NCBI GenBank assembly: GCA_965203295.1
Contig: CBDBCZ010000019.1
Location: 352,001-416,000 of the forward strand
DNA: 64,000 nucleotides
DNA from: Nitrospirales bacterium
GTDB taxonomy: Bacteria; Nitrospirota; Nitrospiria; Nitrospirales; UBA8639
Direction of reading: 5' to 3'
Shown piece by piece: positions 54,028-64,000 of the stretch. Below the pieces are notes generated by a model that searched no databases, was not told where the DNA came from, and saw only the letters and a list, made by a program, of their open reading frames with translations. Each line of letters opens with the position of its first letter. Position 1 is the stretch's first letter. The translations under genes were made by a program, and so were the position numbers.

Positions 54028-54681
54028 TTAGGCCATCTGTAAGAGTTCCCTAATTGTTCCGCTGACCCCTTCAAAAATCTGATGGGGCTTCGCCGTTCCG
54101 TCCATATAGGCTGGTGTGGTGATAATTTTGTTTCCAGGATCGACGACGAAACGCTCAACGGCACAATTAAGGTGTTTCGCTCCGGTTTTTTCTAACTCCG
54201 ATGCCGTGCCTTGATCGTCACCTATCGTGATATTCACACCTTTATTGCCAAAGGCCAAGGCTATAATAGCCGGAGCAATACAGATGGCGGCGATTGGCTT
54301 ACGGCTATCATGAAATTCCTTCACCACTCGTTGGACTTCAGCATCTATTGCCCCAGAACTTCCTTTTTCTGCAAAATTGCAGAGATGAAGCGCGGCTCCA
54401 AATCCACCGGGAAACGCCAGTGCGTCAAAATCTTGAGCCTTCAGATTCTCTATCGGCTGAATGTCTCCTCGTGCAATGCGGGCGGCTTCCTGCATGACAT
54501 TTCTCTGTTTGCCGGTGGGTTTGCTCGTCAGGTGATTGGTTTCTGCAACATCCTTATTCGGGGCAAAAACTTTGTACTCGGCGCCATTCTGTCCAATGGC
54601 AATGAGGGTGCTAATGGCCTCTGTGATTTCGGCTCCATCTAAATAGCCACAACCTGAGAGAATAACAGCAACTTTTTTCAT
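54028..54681 (-). CDS. elbB: ElbB/ES1 (DJ-1/PfpI-family) glyoxalase
   Basis: ILSGCGYLDGAEITEA, ARIARG, PGGFGAA, ICIAP, TTPAYM. Confidence 0.92.
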   Translation of the reverse strand: MKKVAVILSGCGYLDGAEITEAISTLIAIGQNGAEYKVFAPNKDVAETNHLTSKPTGKQRNVMQEAARIARGDIQPIENLKAQDFDALAFPGGFGAALHLCNFAEKGSSGAIDAEVQRVVKEFHDSRKPIAAICIAPAIIALAFGNKGVNITIGDDQGTASELEKTGAKHLNCAVERFVVDPGNKIITTPAYMDGTAKPHQIFEGVSGTIRELLQMA

Positions 54682-54931
54682 GATGTCCTCCTATAGGGTC
54701 TTGGTAAAAAAAGGGGTTCCTATATTCATCAGGTCATTATAGTCTTGTACGCTAATACGGTTGGTATCATCAGGTCAACGGAGGAGCAGGCCAAAGGACA
54801 CAAGATCAACTCCCCAAACTACCCTTGACGGTACAGTCGAGATATCCCACATTGGGGCTTTCCGACTGAAATGCAGAAAACTATCAAGGCGGACATAATG
54901 AGGCAAAGGGCGAGCTGTCGGTCTCATTAGG

Positions 54932-54976
54932 TGTAAAAACTTGAATTTCAGTTGACGGACACTGTCAGATGAAATT
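54932..54976. repeat. 45-bp repeat, inverted partner of 59201..59245
   Basis: tgtaaaaacttgaatttcagttgacggacactgtcagatgaaatt; 42/45 identical to the reverse complement of 59201-59245. Confidence 0.85.
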
Positions 54977-55592
54977 AATGATTTGGGAGGCGCTCTGGTA
55001 AGTCTACGAGTGGGGCGCAATGGAGCCAGGCGCCAAGCACGACAGATTCAGTGGTCTAGGTGCTGAGCCTCATGCTTCGGATGGTTTGAGAGAGGGGAAG
55101 CGGTTGCGCGAACGTGCAACAGAAGGTGTCCAAGCCTTTTAAATACCCTGGTGCCCAGACTTTGCTATCGGATTCGCAAAAGCCGGAAGATTCACAACAT
55201 GACACACCAGCCGCGATGTGACTTTCTGTCGACTGAGCCACCTCCCTACCTCCCCCTTCTTCCAAAAACACATAGTGATTTTGTCGCTCTCGCGTTATAA
55301 GAACTGGGGAGGTAAGTATTCAGTGTGTGTTCGAATTCCTACTTCTGTGCAAATAAAAAATCTAAACTTTTATTTTTCAAATAGTTAGCCAAGTTTTGAG
55401 TCGGGAGGATCGTAATTCAGAACAAGAAATCCCAAAAGCTTCTCTTGGCCTAACTTTTCTTCCATCTAAACAAAGGGACGTCAGGTTCATTTTGAACCAC
55501 AAAATCGACACTCTTGAACCATCCATGAATTCATGATTCCATGTTCGTATCCAACCCCTTTTCTATATCGTAACGCCGAAAGGAGTCTCACC

Positions 55593-56327
55593 ATGATTCG
55601 CATCTTCCTGATCAATACCATTCTCCTATTCGCAGACTTGGTTCCGGCTTGGACGCAGTTCGGTGACTTCTTCGAACAACTCAAAGACTTCGGTATTGGA
55701 CAGCCTCGTGGCTTGAGCGAGCTCAGTGACATGAAAATTGAATCCGGCTTAAGGGAGGCCTTGCAGGTTGGAACCCAAAACGCTGCGAATCTAACAGGGC
55801 AACTCGACGGATTCTTGGGGAACGAGGCGATCAAAATCCTGATGCCTGAGAAACTCCAAACCCTGGATCAAGCATTACGGATGGTCGGGTACGGATCACA
55901 ATTGGATGAATTTGTGGTGAGTATGAACCGGGCTGCAGAACAGACGGCCCCATTGGCCAAACCTATCTTCGAAGATGCGATCAAGCAAATGAGTTTTGAA
56001 GACGTGAAACAAATTTTCAACGGTGGAGACACGGCGGCCACAGACTACTTCAAGGAGAAAACGAGTGACGAGCTCGCTGTCGCATTTCAACCAAAAGTAG
56101 AGCAGACAATGAACCAGATTGGGGTCACGCAACAATACAAAGACTTAGTAGGGCGCTACAGCGCCATTCCTTTTGTGAAATCTGAAATGTTTGATCTCGA
56201 CCAATATGTGGTCAACGGAGGGCTCGATGGCCTGTTCCATGTTCTCGCTGAGGAAGAGCGCAAAATCCGTACGGACCCAACTGCACAGGTCACGGATTTG
56301 CTCAAAGAAGTCTTTGCGAAAAAGTGA
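55593..56327 (+). CDS. DUF4197 family protein
   Basis: GLREALQVG, IKILMP, SMNRAAE, AATDYF, EERKIRTDP. Confidence 0.9.
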   Translation: MIRIFLINTILLFADLVPAWTQFGDFFEQLKDFGIGQPRGLSELSDMKIESGLREALQVGTQNAANLTGQLDGFLGNEAIKILMPEKLQTLDQALRMVGYGSQLDEFVVSMNRAAEQTAPLAKPIFEDAIKQMSFEDVKQIFNGGDTAATDYFKEKTSDELAVAFQPKVEQTMNQIGVTQQYKDLVGRYSAIPFVKSEMFDLDQYVVNGGLDGLFHVLAEEERKIRTDPTAQVTDLLKEVFAKK

Positions 56328-56489
56328 CAGAGAGGTCATAACGAGTCATTACCGAACTAACCGACCCTTGCGACGACTCGGTCGAGACGGAAACGAGTGT
56401 CTTTAGCTTACGTGAGTTTTCTGTTTTTGCTCATTCCCACCGCACCTGTGTATGGGGAACATATGAGAGATATGACGGCGAATACCTGA

Positions 56490-57031
56490 CTGATGCCAAT
56501 AATCAGTTCAGCTATGGCTTTCAGTCTAAATGGAAAGCGTTTCCGGACTTGACGTTCACACAAAATTTGTACTATGGCCCTGATCAGGACAACACGGATA
56601 TCCAATTCTGGCGGGTTCTTTCGGACTCAATTCTGGAGTGGGAAAGCGAACCGTTTTTGGTCGCTGCGGCTTATGATGTCGGAACGGAAAAGCAGGCTGA
56701 TCAACGCGGTAACCCTCGGTTTGTTTGGATGGCCGCAGCTGTGTGGACACTGTGGCATATCCACGGACCATGGAGCCTAGCTGTGCGACCTGAATTGTAT
56801 TAGGATCAAAACAGGCTGATCACCGGAGCAGAGCAGTTGATTCAAGCCATGACCACCACTGTGGAATACAAAATGCCTCACATGTTTTCTCTGACCCCCG
56901 TGGCAAAATTAGAGTATCGGTATGATGAATCAACGGGTTCAGACGGGGTGTTCTTCAAAGGAGAAAAGAACCGATTGGTTAGCGATCAGCAACAGTTAAT
57001 ATTGGCCCTCACGTGGGCTTTCGATCGGTAA
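56490..57031 (+). pseudogene. 3' fragment of an outer-membrane beta-barrel porin
   Basis: QNLYYGPDQ…LAVRPELY*DQ…KLEYRYD.STG…ALTWAFD; 5' half absent; TAG 56801-03. Confidence 0.65.
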
Positions 57032-57145
57032 TGAGGAAATGCGTGGGTGCACAAATGGTTAAAGATGTCGGGTGGAAGCAGCACAGCTTGGAGAAAATGC
57101 TGCATATGCTTTCTGATAGCATGTTTCCAACTGATGTAATGACAA

Positions 57146-58976
57146 TTAGCGGCCTAATATGCGGTCCAAGTTGAACGCCGCACTGATCAAAGCCAGATGA
57201 GTAAAAGCCTGGAGGAAGTTCCCGAGAGCCTCTCCGCTAGGTCCGGTTTCCTCGGCATACAGACCCACATGGTTTGCGTACCCAAGCATCTGCTCAAAGA
57301 TAAGACGTGCCTCCTCGAGTTTGGTTGGATCAACGCGTCCGGCTCGTGTCATGGCTTCAACTAACCAGAACGTGCAGATGTTAAATGTACCCTCTTCTCC
57401 CTTGAGCCCATCCGCTGTTTTGTCCAGATTGTAACGATAGACTAGACTGTTCGAGACAAGTCCTCATTTATCTGGCGATTGGAGCGTCGAATCCAGCGTT
57501 TTTAACGTTCTATGGTCCCCAGGTGAGAGGAAAAAGACCAACGGCATCATCAGATTGGCAGCATCTAAGGTGTCACATCCGTATCGCTGGACAAAGGCCT
57601 GACGAGATTCGCTCCACCCCTGGGTCATGATTTCCTCGTAAATGGCATCTCGTACGCTAAGCCATTTCAACCGATCGGCTGGGAAGGAGCGTTTTTCGGC
57701 CAACCGAAGCCCCCGGTCTACGGCAACCCAGCACATGAGCTTGGAGTAGATGAAATGCTGCTGCCCTCCGCGAACTTCCCAGACATCCTCGTCTTTTCGG
57801 TGCCAGTTATCGCATACCCAATTAATGAGACGTCGAAGATCAGCCCATAGGTCGAACGAAATGGGAACACCATGTTTATTGTACAGATAGACCGAATCCA
57901 TCAATTCACCGTAAATATCAAACTGCAACTGACCATAGGCGCCGTTCCCCACTCGCACAGGAGAAGAACCCTTGTATCTTTCAAGGTGGGGCAATGTTTC
58001 CTCGGTGAGTGTGTGGCGGCCATCGATCCCATACATGATTTGCAAAGAGCCGTCTGGATTGGGTTCATGGCACCGGCTTTCAATCCACTTCATGAATTGG
58101 GCGGCCTCCTCCGTGAAACCGATCCGGAGCAATCCATATACGGTGAAAGACGCATCACGAATCCAGGTATACCGATAGTCCCAGTTACGCTCTCCACCAA
58201 TACCTTCTGGAAGGCTGCATGTGGGCGCAGCCACAATGGCCTCGGTTGGTTCAAAGGTTAAGAGTTTTAGGACCAGAGCTGAGCGTTGCACCATCTCGCG
58301 CCAACGTCCAGTATAGGTGTATTTACCTAGCCATCGTCGCCAATACGCCACGGTTTGTCGAAACAGGGCATCCGCCTCTTGGGGAGATAACGACACATGA
58401 GGACATTGCTTAGAACCAAGCTCACCCAGCACGAAGTCGGCTTCTTGCCCTTCATGAAGGGCAAAATCGGCCACCACTCCCTTTCCATCTTTTTTTAGAA
58501 CCGTCTTGGTATGGAGCGCCAGACTCAAATCGGATGAGTGAAAGGTCACGCATGTCGGATCGAGTTGTATCTGATGATCGCTGCGAGCATAGTTAAAGGC
58601 CGGGTGGCACTCCACATGAAAGTGCATAGTTCCACGGATGACCTGGAGCCGCCGAATGAGACACTGATAACCAGGCTCATTTTCTTTGAGACCCACGGGC
58701 ATAAAGTCGACCACTTGCCCGACACCCTCTGGTGAGAGAAACCGCGTGACCATAACGTTCGTGTCAGGCCAGTAGTACTGCTTGTGCTGAATACCATCCG
58801 CAGCCGGCGCGATTTTAAATCGTCCCCCTTTTTGATCATCTAAGATAGCAGCAAAGACGCTGGGCGAATCTAAAGTAGGGCATACAGAGCCAATCGATAG
58901 AACCGTCCATGCCGACCAAGGCGGTTGTTCGCATATTACCGATCAGTCCGTAGTCTTCAATAGGTTGATACGCCAT
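57146..58976 (-). pseudogene. GH15 glucoamylase/trehalase-like hydrolase, disrupted
   Basis: [40 protein letters not shown]; frameshift near 58880 and in-frame TGA 57464-66. Confidence 0.9.
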
Positions 58977-59021
58977 CTGTCAACTTGCCTCCAATTTAAT
59001 GAAAAGATGTTTCTCTTAAGG

Positions 59022-59174
59022 GGAGTTTCAAGTTTAAGGTTTCGGGTTTGGAGTTTCGTGTTAAAAAGACTTTGATTTTTGAGTCACAAAGGAGTTTCTG
59101 TTTTGAGTTAGTTTGGCGCATCTGCATGATCAATTTCTCCATAACTCTAAACTATAAACTCGGAACTCTAAACC
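59022..59174. repeat. Palindromic heptamer array
   Basis: ggagttt caagttt aaggttt cgggttt ggagttt … aactcta aactata aactcgg aactcta aacc. Confidence 0.8.
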
Positions 59175-59200
59175 TTTTTAACTTGGTCGCAGGAAATCCC

Positions 59201-59245
59201 AACTTCATCTGACCGTGTCCGTCGACTGAAATTCAAGTTTTTACA
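59201..59245. repeat. 45-bp repeat, inverted partner of 54932..54976
   Basis: aacttcatctgaccgtgtccgtcgactgaaattcaagtttttaca. Confidence 0.85.
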
Positions 59246-59291
59246 AAATTAGGAATCAAATATTGCAGTCAACTCTGATTTCAAAGATTCT

Positions 59292-59930
59292 TTACCCATC
59301 CAACACACTTGATAAAGGGCTAAACAGATCACCATGATAGACAGTCGATAACTCGACTCGTCCCAAATGTGGCACCGCCTGTTGATGTCGGCTCTCGATC
59401 TTAAAGATCGCCGTCTGGACCATTCTACTTATCAGATAATTTGCCAACTCCACTCTCGACACGGCACGCGTTGCTGATATATGCCGAACACCAGTCTCCG
59501 CACTCTGGGCTAATTGCATCACTCGCATCGCTAAATCGCGCTGCCAGACGACCGATCGATATTCACCCTGAATAATGGTGATGGGAAGGTTGCGCTGGGT
59601 TCGGTATCGTAGCCAGTCCAAATGCCCGGTTCGACCATCCGGCGAGCTGCCGATCCCGAGTCCTGCCCGAATCACCAAGGAGCCTGTGCGTCTCAAGACC
59701 AGATGTTCGGCTTCGACCCGAGTCTTTCCATATACACTAATGGGGCAAGCGTGGGATTCTTCCGTGTAGACACCATCTCCACCAAACACATGATCGGATG
59801 ACACATATACCAACCTCGTGTGCTCAGGCAAAGTCGCCATGACTCGATCGAGCTGTTGCACGTTCATCTCATACGCCCAAGCAGGATACGTCTCGCACTT
59901 TGGCACATCACAGACGGCATGGCAGTACAA
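59292..59930 (-). pseudogene. RmlD-like sugar-nucleotide reductase lacking its N-terminal Rossmann motif
   Basis: VYVSSDHVFGG..YTE…PISVYGKTR; no GxxGxxG upstream. Confidence 0.7.
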
Positions 59931-60091
59931 CTGAATCGATTTTCCCAGAGTTCATAGATAATCCGGCATTTGTCTGCCCACTGCCTCTATAACCTTATAA
60001 TCTATGGTATGCACAATGATCACACAAGGGTCTCTCATCCCCTTGTGACAGACTATTTTGATAAGTTCTTAGGAAGGATTCTATCCATCGT

Positions 60092-61055
60092 ATGATTACC
60101 GAGTTCCTTGTAACCGCAGGAGAAACCCGCAAACGTCTCGACGTCTTTCTGTGTCACCGTGAGCCGGATATTTCCCGCTCAGGTGTCCAGAATTTGATCG
60201 AGCTTGGGCGCATCCGGCTCAACGAGCAAGTCGTAAGACCGAGCCAAAAAATCAAACCCGGAGACAGAATCACGATGGATGTGCCCCAACCAGGGACGTT
60301 ACTGTCGAATGGAGAGTCGATTCCCCTGGAGATCCTTTACGAAGATGATGTTCTTCTGGTGCTCAACAAACCCTCTGGGATCGTGGTGCATCCCACGTCC
60401 GGAAATTGGTCAGGAACATTGATGAATGCGCTGTTGTCCTATTTTCAGGCCTCCGAGGAAACTGTCTTCACCATGGGAGGAAAAGCACGACTAGGGCTGG
60501 TCCATCGGCTGGACAAGGACACTTCTGGAGTGATGGTGATTGCGAAGACTGATCGGGCTCACCGTTCGCTGGCTGCTCAGTTTGAACAGCACACAATCAC
60601 CCGAACCTACGAAGCGCTGGTATGGAGTTTACCTCAGCACGATCACGGAATGATCGTGCTAGCCATTGGTCGGGATACGAACGATCCGAAGATTTGCCCA
60701 TCAAGCACGGCACAACCCAAAGACGCTGTGACGGAGTATCGCGTCGAGCATCGATTTGGGATCATAGCTTCCCATGTATTGCTGCTTCCACGCACAGGCC
60801 GAACGCATCAGCTCCGCGTTCACGTCACTCGGTTGCCCGATCTTGGGCGATCAGACCTATGGTGGTCGGACGGTTTGTCGGGTGGATGGGATCGAGATTC
60901 GACGGATGATGCTGCATGCGCGCACCTTGGGGTTTCAACATCCTTCGTTGGGGACCTTTCAGAAATACACAGCACACCTGCCGTCCGATATGCAGACGGT
61001 GTATCAAGCATTACAACGTGAAACTGAGATTAAGTGTTCTTACTCTTCTCCCTGA
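60092..61055 (+). pseudogene. RluA/RluD-family pseudouridine synthase, frameshifted near 60826
   Basis: S4 domain, NKPSGIVVHP, VHRLDKDTSG, TGRTHQLRVH, then PILGD..YG…MLHA in another frame. Confidence 0.88.
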
Positions 61056-61147
61056 TTGGTCATTCACAGTCTCTCGGAATGATCGAATTCCAAATGGCTA
61101 GGTCAGACGCCAATAATAAACCTTGACAAATGTAAAGGAGAAGGTCC

Positions 61148-61900
61148 ATGGCAAAAAGACTCGAAGGAAAAGTGGCAGTCATCACAGGTGGGAACAGCGG
61201 CATTGGATTGGCGACAGCCAAATTGTTTCAGGCAGAAGGTGCGAAAGTCGTCATTACAGGCAGAAGGAAAGAGGCCGTGGAAACTGCCGTGAAAGAAATC
61301 GGAGGGAATAGTACTGGATTCACATCGGATACCGGAAACCTGTATGCCATTCGCGAATTATATAAGGCCATTACCGAGCAGGTTGGAAAAATCGATGTAT
61401 TGTTTTTGAATGCCGGGATCGCGAAATTTGGTCCGTTTTCATCCGTTGATGAGGCTACCTTTGATGAAATGGTGAATGTAAACCTGAAAGGATTATTTTT
61501 TAATGTTCAACATGCATTACCCATCCTCAACGACAACGCCTCCATCATTTTGAATACCACCGTGGCCGATCAAAAAGGCTTTCCAGGCACGAGTGTCTAT
61601 GCTGCGACAAAAGCTGGAGTCCGGAGCCTTGCTCGAACCTTTTCTGCAGAACTTGTTGAAAGAGGTATACGGGTGAATGCCGTAGCTCCCGGGCCTATTG
61701 AAACACCGATTTTTGGAAAGGTAGGCGTGCCAGAAGAAGGGATTCCTGGAATGAAGGATGGTTTTAGGAACGGTGTTCCAATGAAACGGTTAGGCAGTGC
61801 TGACGAGGTTGGCAAAGCCGCGCTTTTTCTGGCATCGGATGATTCCTCGTATGTGTTAGGTGCGGAGTTGTTGGTTGATGGAGGGCTGGCTCATCTGTAA
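61148..61900 (+). CDS. Short-chain dehydrogenase/reductase
   Basis: TGGNSGIG, NAG, YAATK, PGPIETP. Confidence 0.93.
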   Translation: MAKRLEGKVAVITGGNSGIGLATAKLFQAEGAKVVITGRRKEAVETAVKEIGGNSTGFTSDTGNLYAIRELYKAITEQVGKIDVLFLNAGIAKFGPFSSVDEATFDEMVNVNLKGLFFNVQHALPILNDNASIILNTTVADQKGFPGTSVYAATKAGVRSLARTFSAELVERGIRVNAVAPGPIETPIFGKVGVPEEGIPGMKDGFRNGVPMKRLGSADEVGKAALFLASDDSSYVLGAELLVDGGLAHL

Positions 61901-61980
61901 GTGGATGACGAAGGCAGCGATGTCTAGAGAAACGGGGAAAGCGCAGAATGTCTCGTTTCTCCTTCGTTTAAAAGCAAATC

Positions 61981-62619
61981 CTATGATTGCTGACGTGTCG
62001 AAGAATGAAAATTGAAACGACAAGTGACTCCGTCTCTCACAATACATTCTTCTTGAGTCGCTTCATGGTTTTCGAGTAGTCCCTCTAACGGGGCTAAATC
62101 GAATTGGCAGACTTCAGGATGTTTGTCTGCCAACTTATGATACACATAATTATGGGCTGAGAGCATGGGAAGTTCCCTGGAAGCAGGGGGGAGCACTTGG
62201 GATTCATAACCCAGCTCATTTAAGATCAGATTCACTTCCTCGATTTTTTCATCAAGAGATTTTCCCGCCAGCCTCGGTCGTAACTGCTGACCGACATCTG
62301 TTGCCAGTTCTCGAAGAAAACTCGTCAATCCTTCAGAGCCCAATCTGTCTTTGAGGGAGTCGAGCATGAGCTCAGAAAACCAGGAGTATTGCTTAGGCAA
62401 ATAGTCAATTCCTTTACCCGTAATCAAGTAAACATACCCGGGCCGACCTCCTGTTTTTTTAAAATTCCCCTTGGTGACCAGCCCATCACGTTCCAAATTC
62501 GTCAAATGTTGGTTCACGGCTGTTCGACTAATCCCGAGACTGGTTTCCAGTTTTGGAATTGAAAGCCCCTCACGGTGATCTTTCAAAAGAAGAAGGATCT
62601 CTCTTTGTCTTGTTGACAT
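61981..62619 (-). CDS. SufR/ArsR-like HTH transcriptional regulator
   Basis: N-terminal HTH …AVNQHL..LE.DGLV…GRP…Y.IT..G; C-terminal VC…ECI..G…C.F. Confidence 0.8.
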   Translation of the reverse strand: MSTRQREILLLLKDHREGLSIPKLETSLGISRTAVNQHLTNLERDGLVTKGNFKKTGGRPGYVYLITGKGIDYLPKQYSWFSELMLDSLKDRLGSEGLTSFLRELATDVGQQLRPRLAGKSLDEKIEEVNLILNELGYESQVLPPASRELPMLSAHNYVYHKLADKHPEVCQFDLAPLEGLLENHEATQEECIVRDGVTCRFNFHSSTRQQS

Positions 62620-62755
62620 CAGACTCTACTCTCTCCGATTTACATTAATAAAATCAATACGATGCAGTGCCCGTGAAAAGGGGTCATTTTCGGCATTCAG
62701 CACAGGAATCTAAACTTTACCAAAACTTTACAAAATGTTTAACCAAGGGGGACGT

Positions 62756-64000
62756 ATGAATGAACCAGCAAGACATAAGTCGATCATTAAACGCCTCGCG
62801 CTGTGCGGAGGAGTTTGCATTTTTCTGATTCTTCAGGTCTTCGCTGCCTATGGAGACTCCGATCACAAAAAACATAACAAGGGTTCCCAATCTCAAGTCT
62901 TACTAGATGCTAAAAAGATTATCAAAAAAGGGCGACACACGTTTCGTTTCGATACGTTCGGGGACGAAGCCTTTTGGGGAGATACCCTAAGATTACATCA
63001 AGCCATAGCTGGTGAAAACAATGGAGGGGTTGGCCCAGGAGTGAGCCCGAACACCGCTCTAGCCGTCGGCTTAAAAGTTGATAAACGAGCGTTACCCAAA
63101 TCCCTTCGAAAAGCAATCAAAAATGGGAACGTCGACCTCAATGATCCAGCCACGACTCTCGCCTTGCTCAAGCTCAATGCGGTCGTAGGTGTCACGGGGT
63201 TCATGACTACGGAACATTGCAATCCATGGGCATTCAATGTGCGCTGTGTCACTCCACGGTAGATGATTCGTTTGCTCCGGGGATTGGCAATCGACTGGAT
63301 GGATGGGCCAATCAAGATCTCAACGTCGGGGCCATTATCGCCTTAGCGCCTGACCTGAGTTTTTTCTCAAACTTGCTGAACCTCTCTGAAGATACCGTAC
63401 GCTCCGTTCTGAACACGTGGGGGCCAGGAAAATTTGACGCCCAATTGTTATTGGACGGGAAAAATGCTCCAACTCTTATTCCCCCAGCGTTTGGTCTGGC
63501 GGGTGTGAATCTCCACACCTAGACCGGGTGGGGGTCGGTGACCCATTGGAACGCCTTTGTGGCGGTGCTGGAAATGGGCGGGCAGGGAACATTATTCGAC
63601 CCACGTCTCAACGACGAAGAGAAATTTCCCATTGCTACAGAAAATGGTTTTTACAATGTTCGACGAAAGCCAGACTTTGTGACCAAAAAACTCCCAGCTT
63701 TACAATTTTATCAGCTTGCATTAAAGGCGCCTCGAGCTCCTTGTGGAAGTTTCAATAAAGTCGCGGCCAAAAGGGGCGAGAGGGTGTTCAACGAGAAGGG
63801 CAAATGTGCGGGATGCCATGTTCCGCCAATTTTTACCGAACCCGGATGGAATATGCATCCTGGGGAAGAGATTGGGATTGACAATGTCCAAGCGGAAAGA
63901 GGTCTGGAAAACGCGTACCGAACAACCCCTCTAAAAGGACTCTGGACGCATACGAAGCGAGGATTTTTCCATGATGGGCGATTCGCCACTCTCTTAGATG
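62756..64000 (+). pseudogene. Di-heme cytochrome c (peroxidase-like) protein, disrupted, runs off the window
   Basis: FRFDTFGDE.FW, CALCH, CAGCH, YRTTPLKGLW, FFHDGRF; frameshift near 63205 and TAG 63520-22. Confidence 0.8.

Noticed and set aside
56333..56360. dif/att-like site (rc agttcggtaa-tgactcg-ttatgacc)
   Set aside because: 7-bp rather than 6-bp spacer, poor XerD arm, no second copy and no recombinase nearby
1..64000. CRISPR array, prophage or integron
   Set aside because: No regularly spaced repeat-spacer units, and no cas, phage structural or integrase genes were seen

Overview
This is a 64-kb bacterial chromosomal window of roughly 49% GC (estimated by eye). Its gene families suggest a Nitrospirota/Nitrospirales genome (inference). 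Intact genes include pyrF, typA, ttcA, msrA, pcm, a fatty-acid desaturase, a CPA1 antiporter, two RRM RNA-binding proteins and TIGR03545/03546. About 20 of roughly 60 CDSs are broken by in-frame stops, frameshifts, short tandem duplications or deletions, which means either active genome decay or consensus errors. The strongest single signal is an initiator tRNA-fMet gene (19195-19551) split after U33 by a 280-nt group I intron. The intron has a complete core and an extra hairpin in L1, but no homing-endonuclease ORF. Intergenic space holds a layered set of repeats: a 194-bp structured element in two copies with compensatory base changes, MITE-like elements with GCTGTTGAAAAA ends sitting at gene stop codons, palindromic heptamer arrays, and a 45-bp inverted repeat pair bracketing 4.3 kb. 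There is also one degenerate IS3. No CRISPR array, rRNA or prophage was seen.
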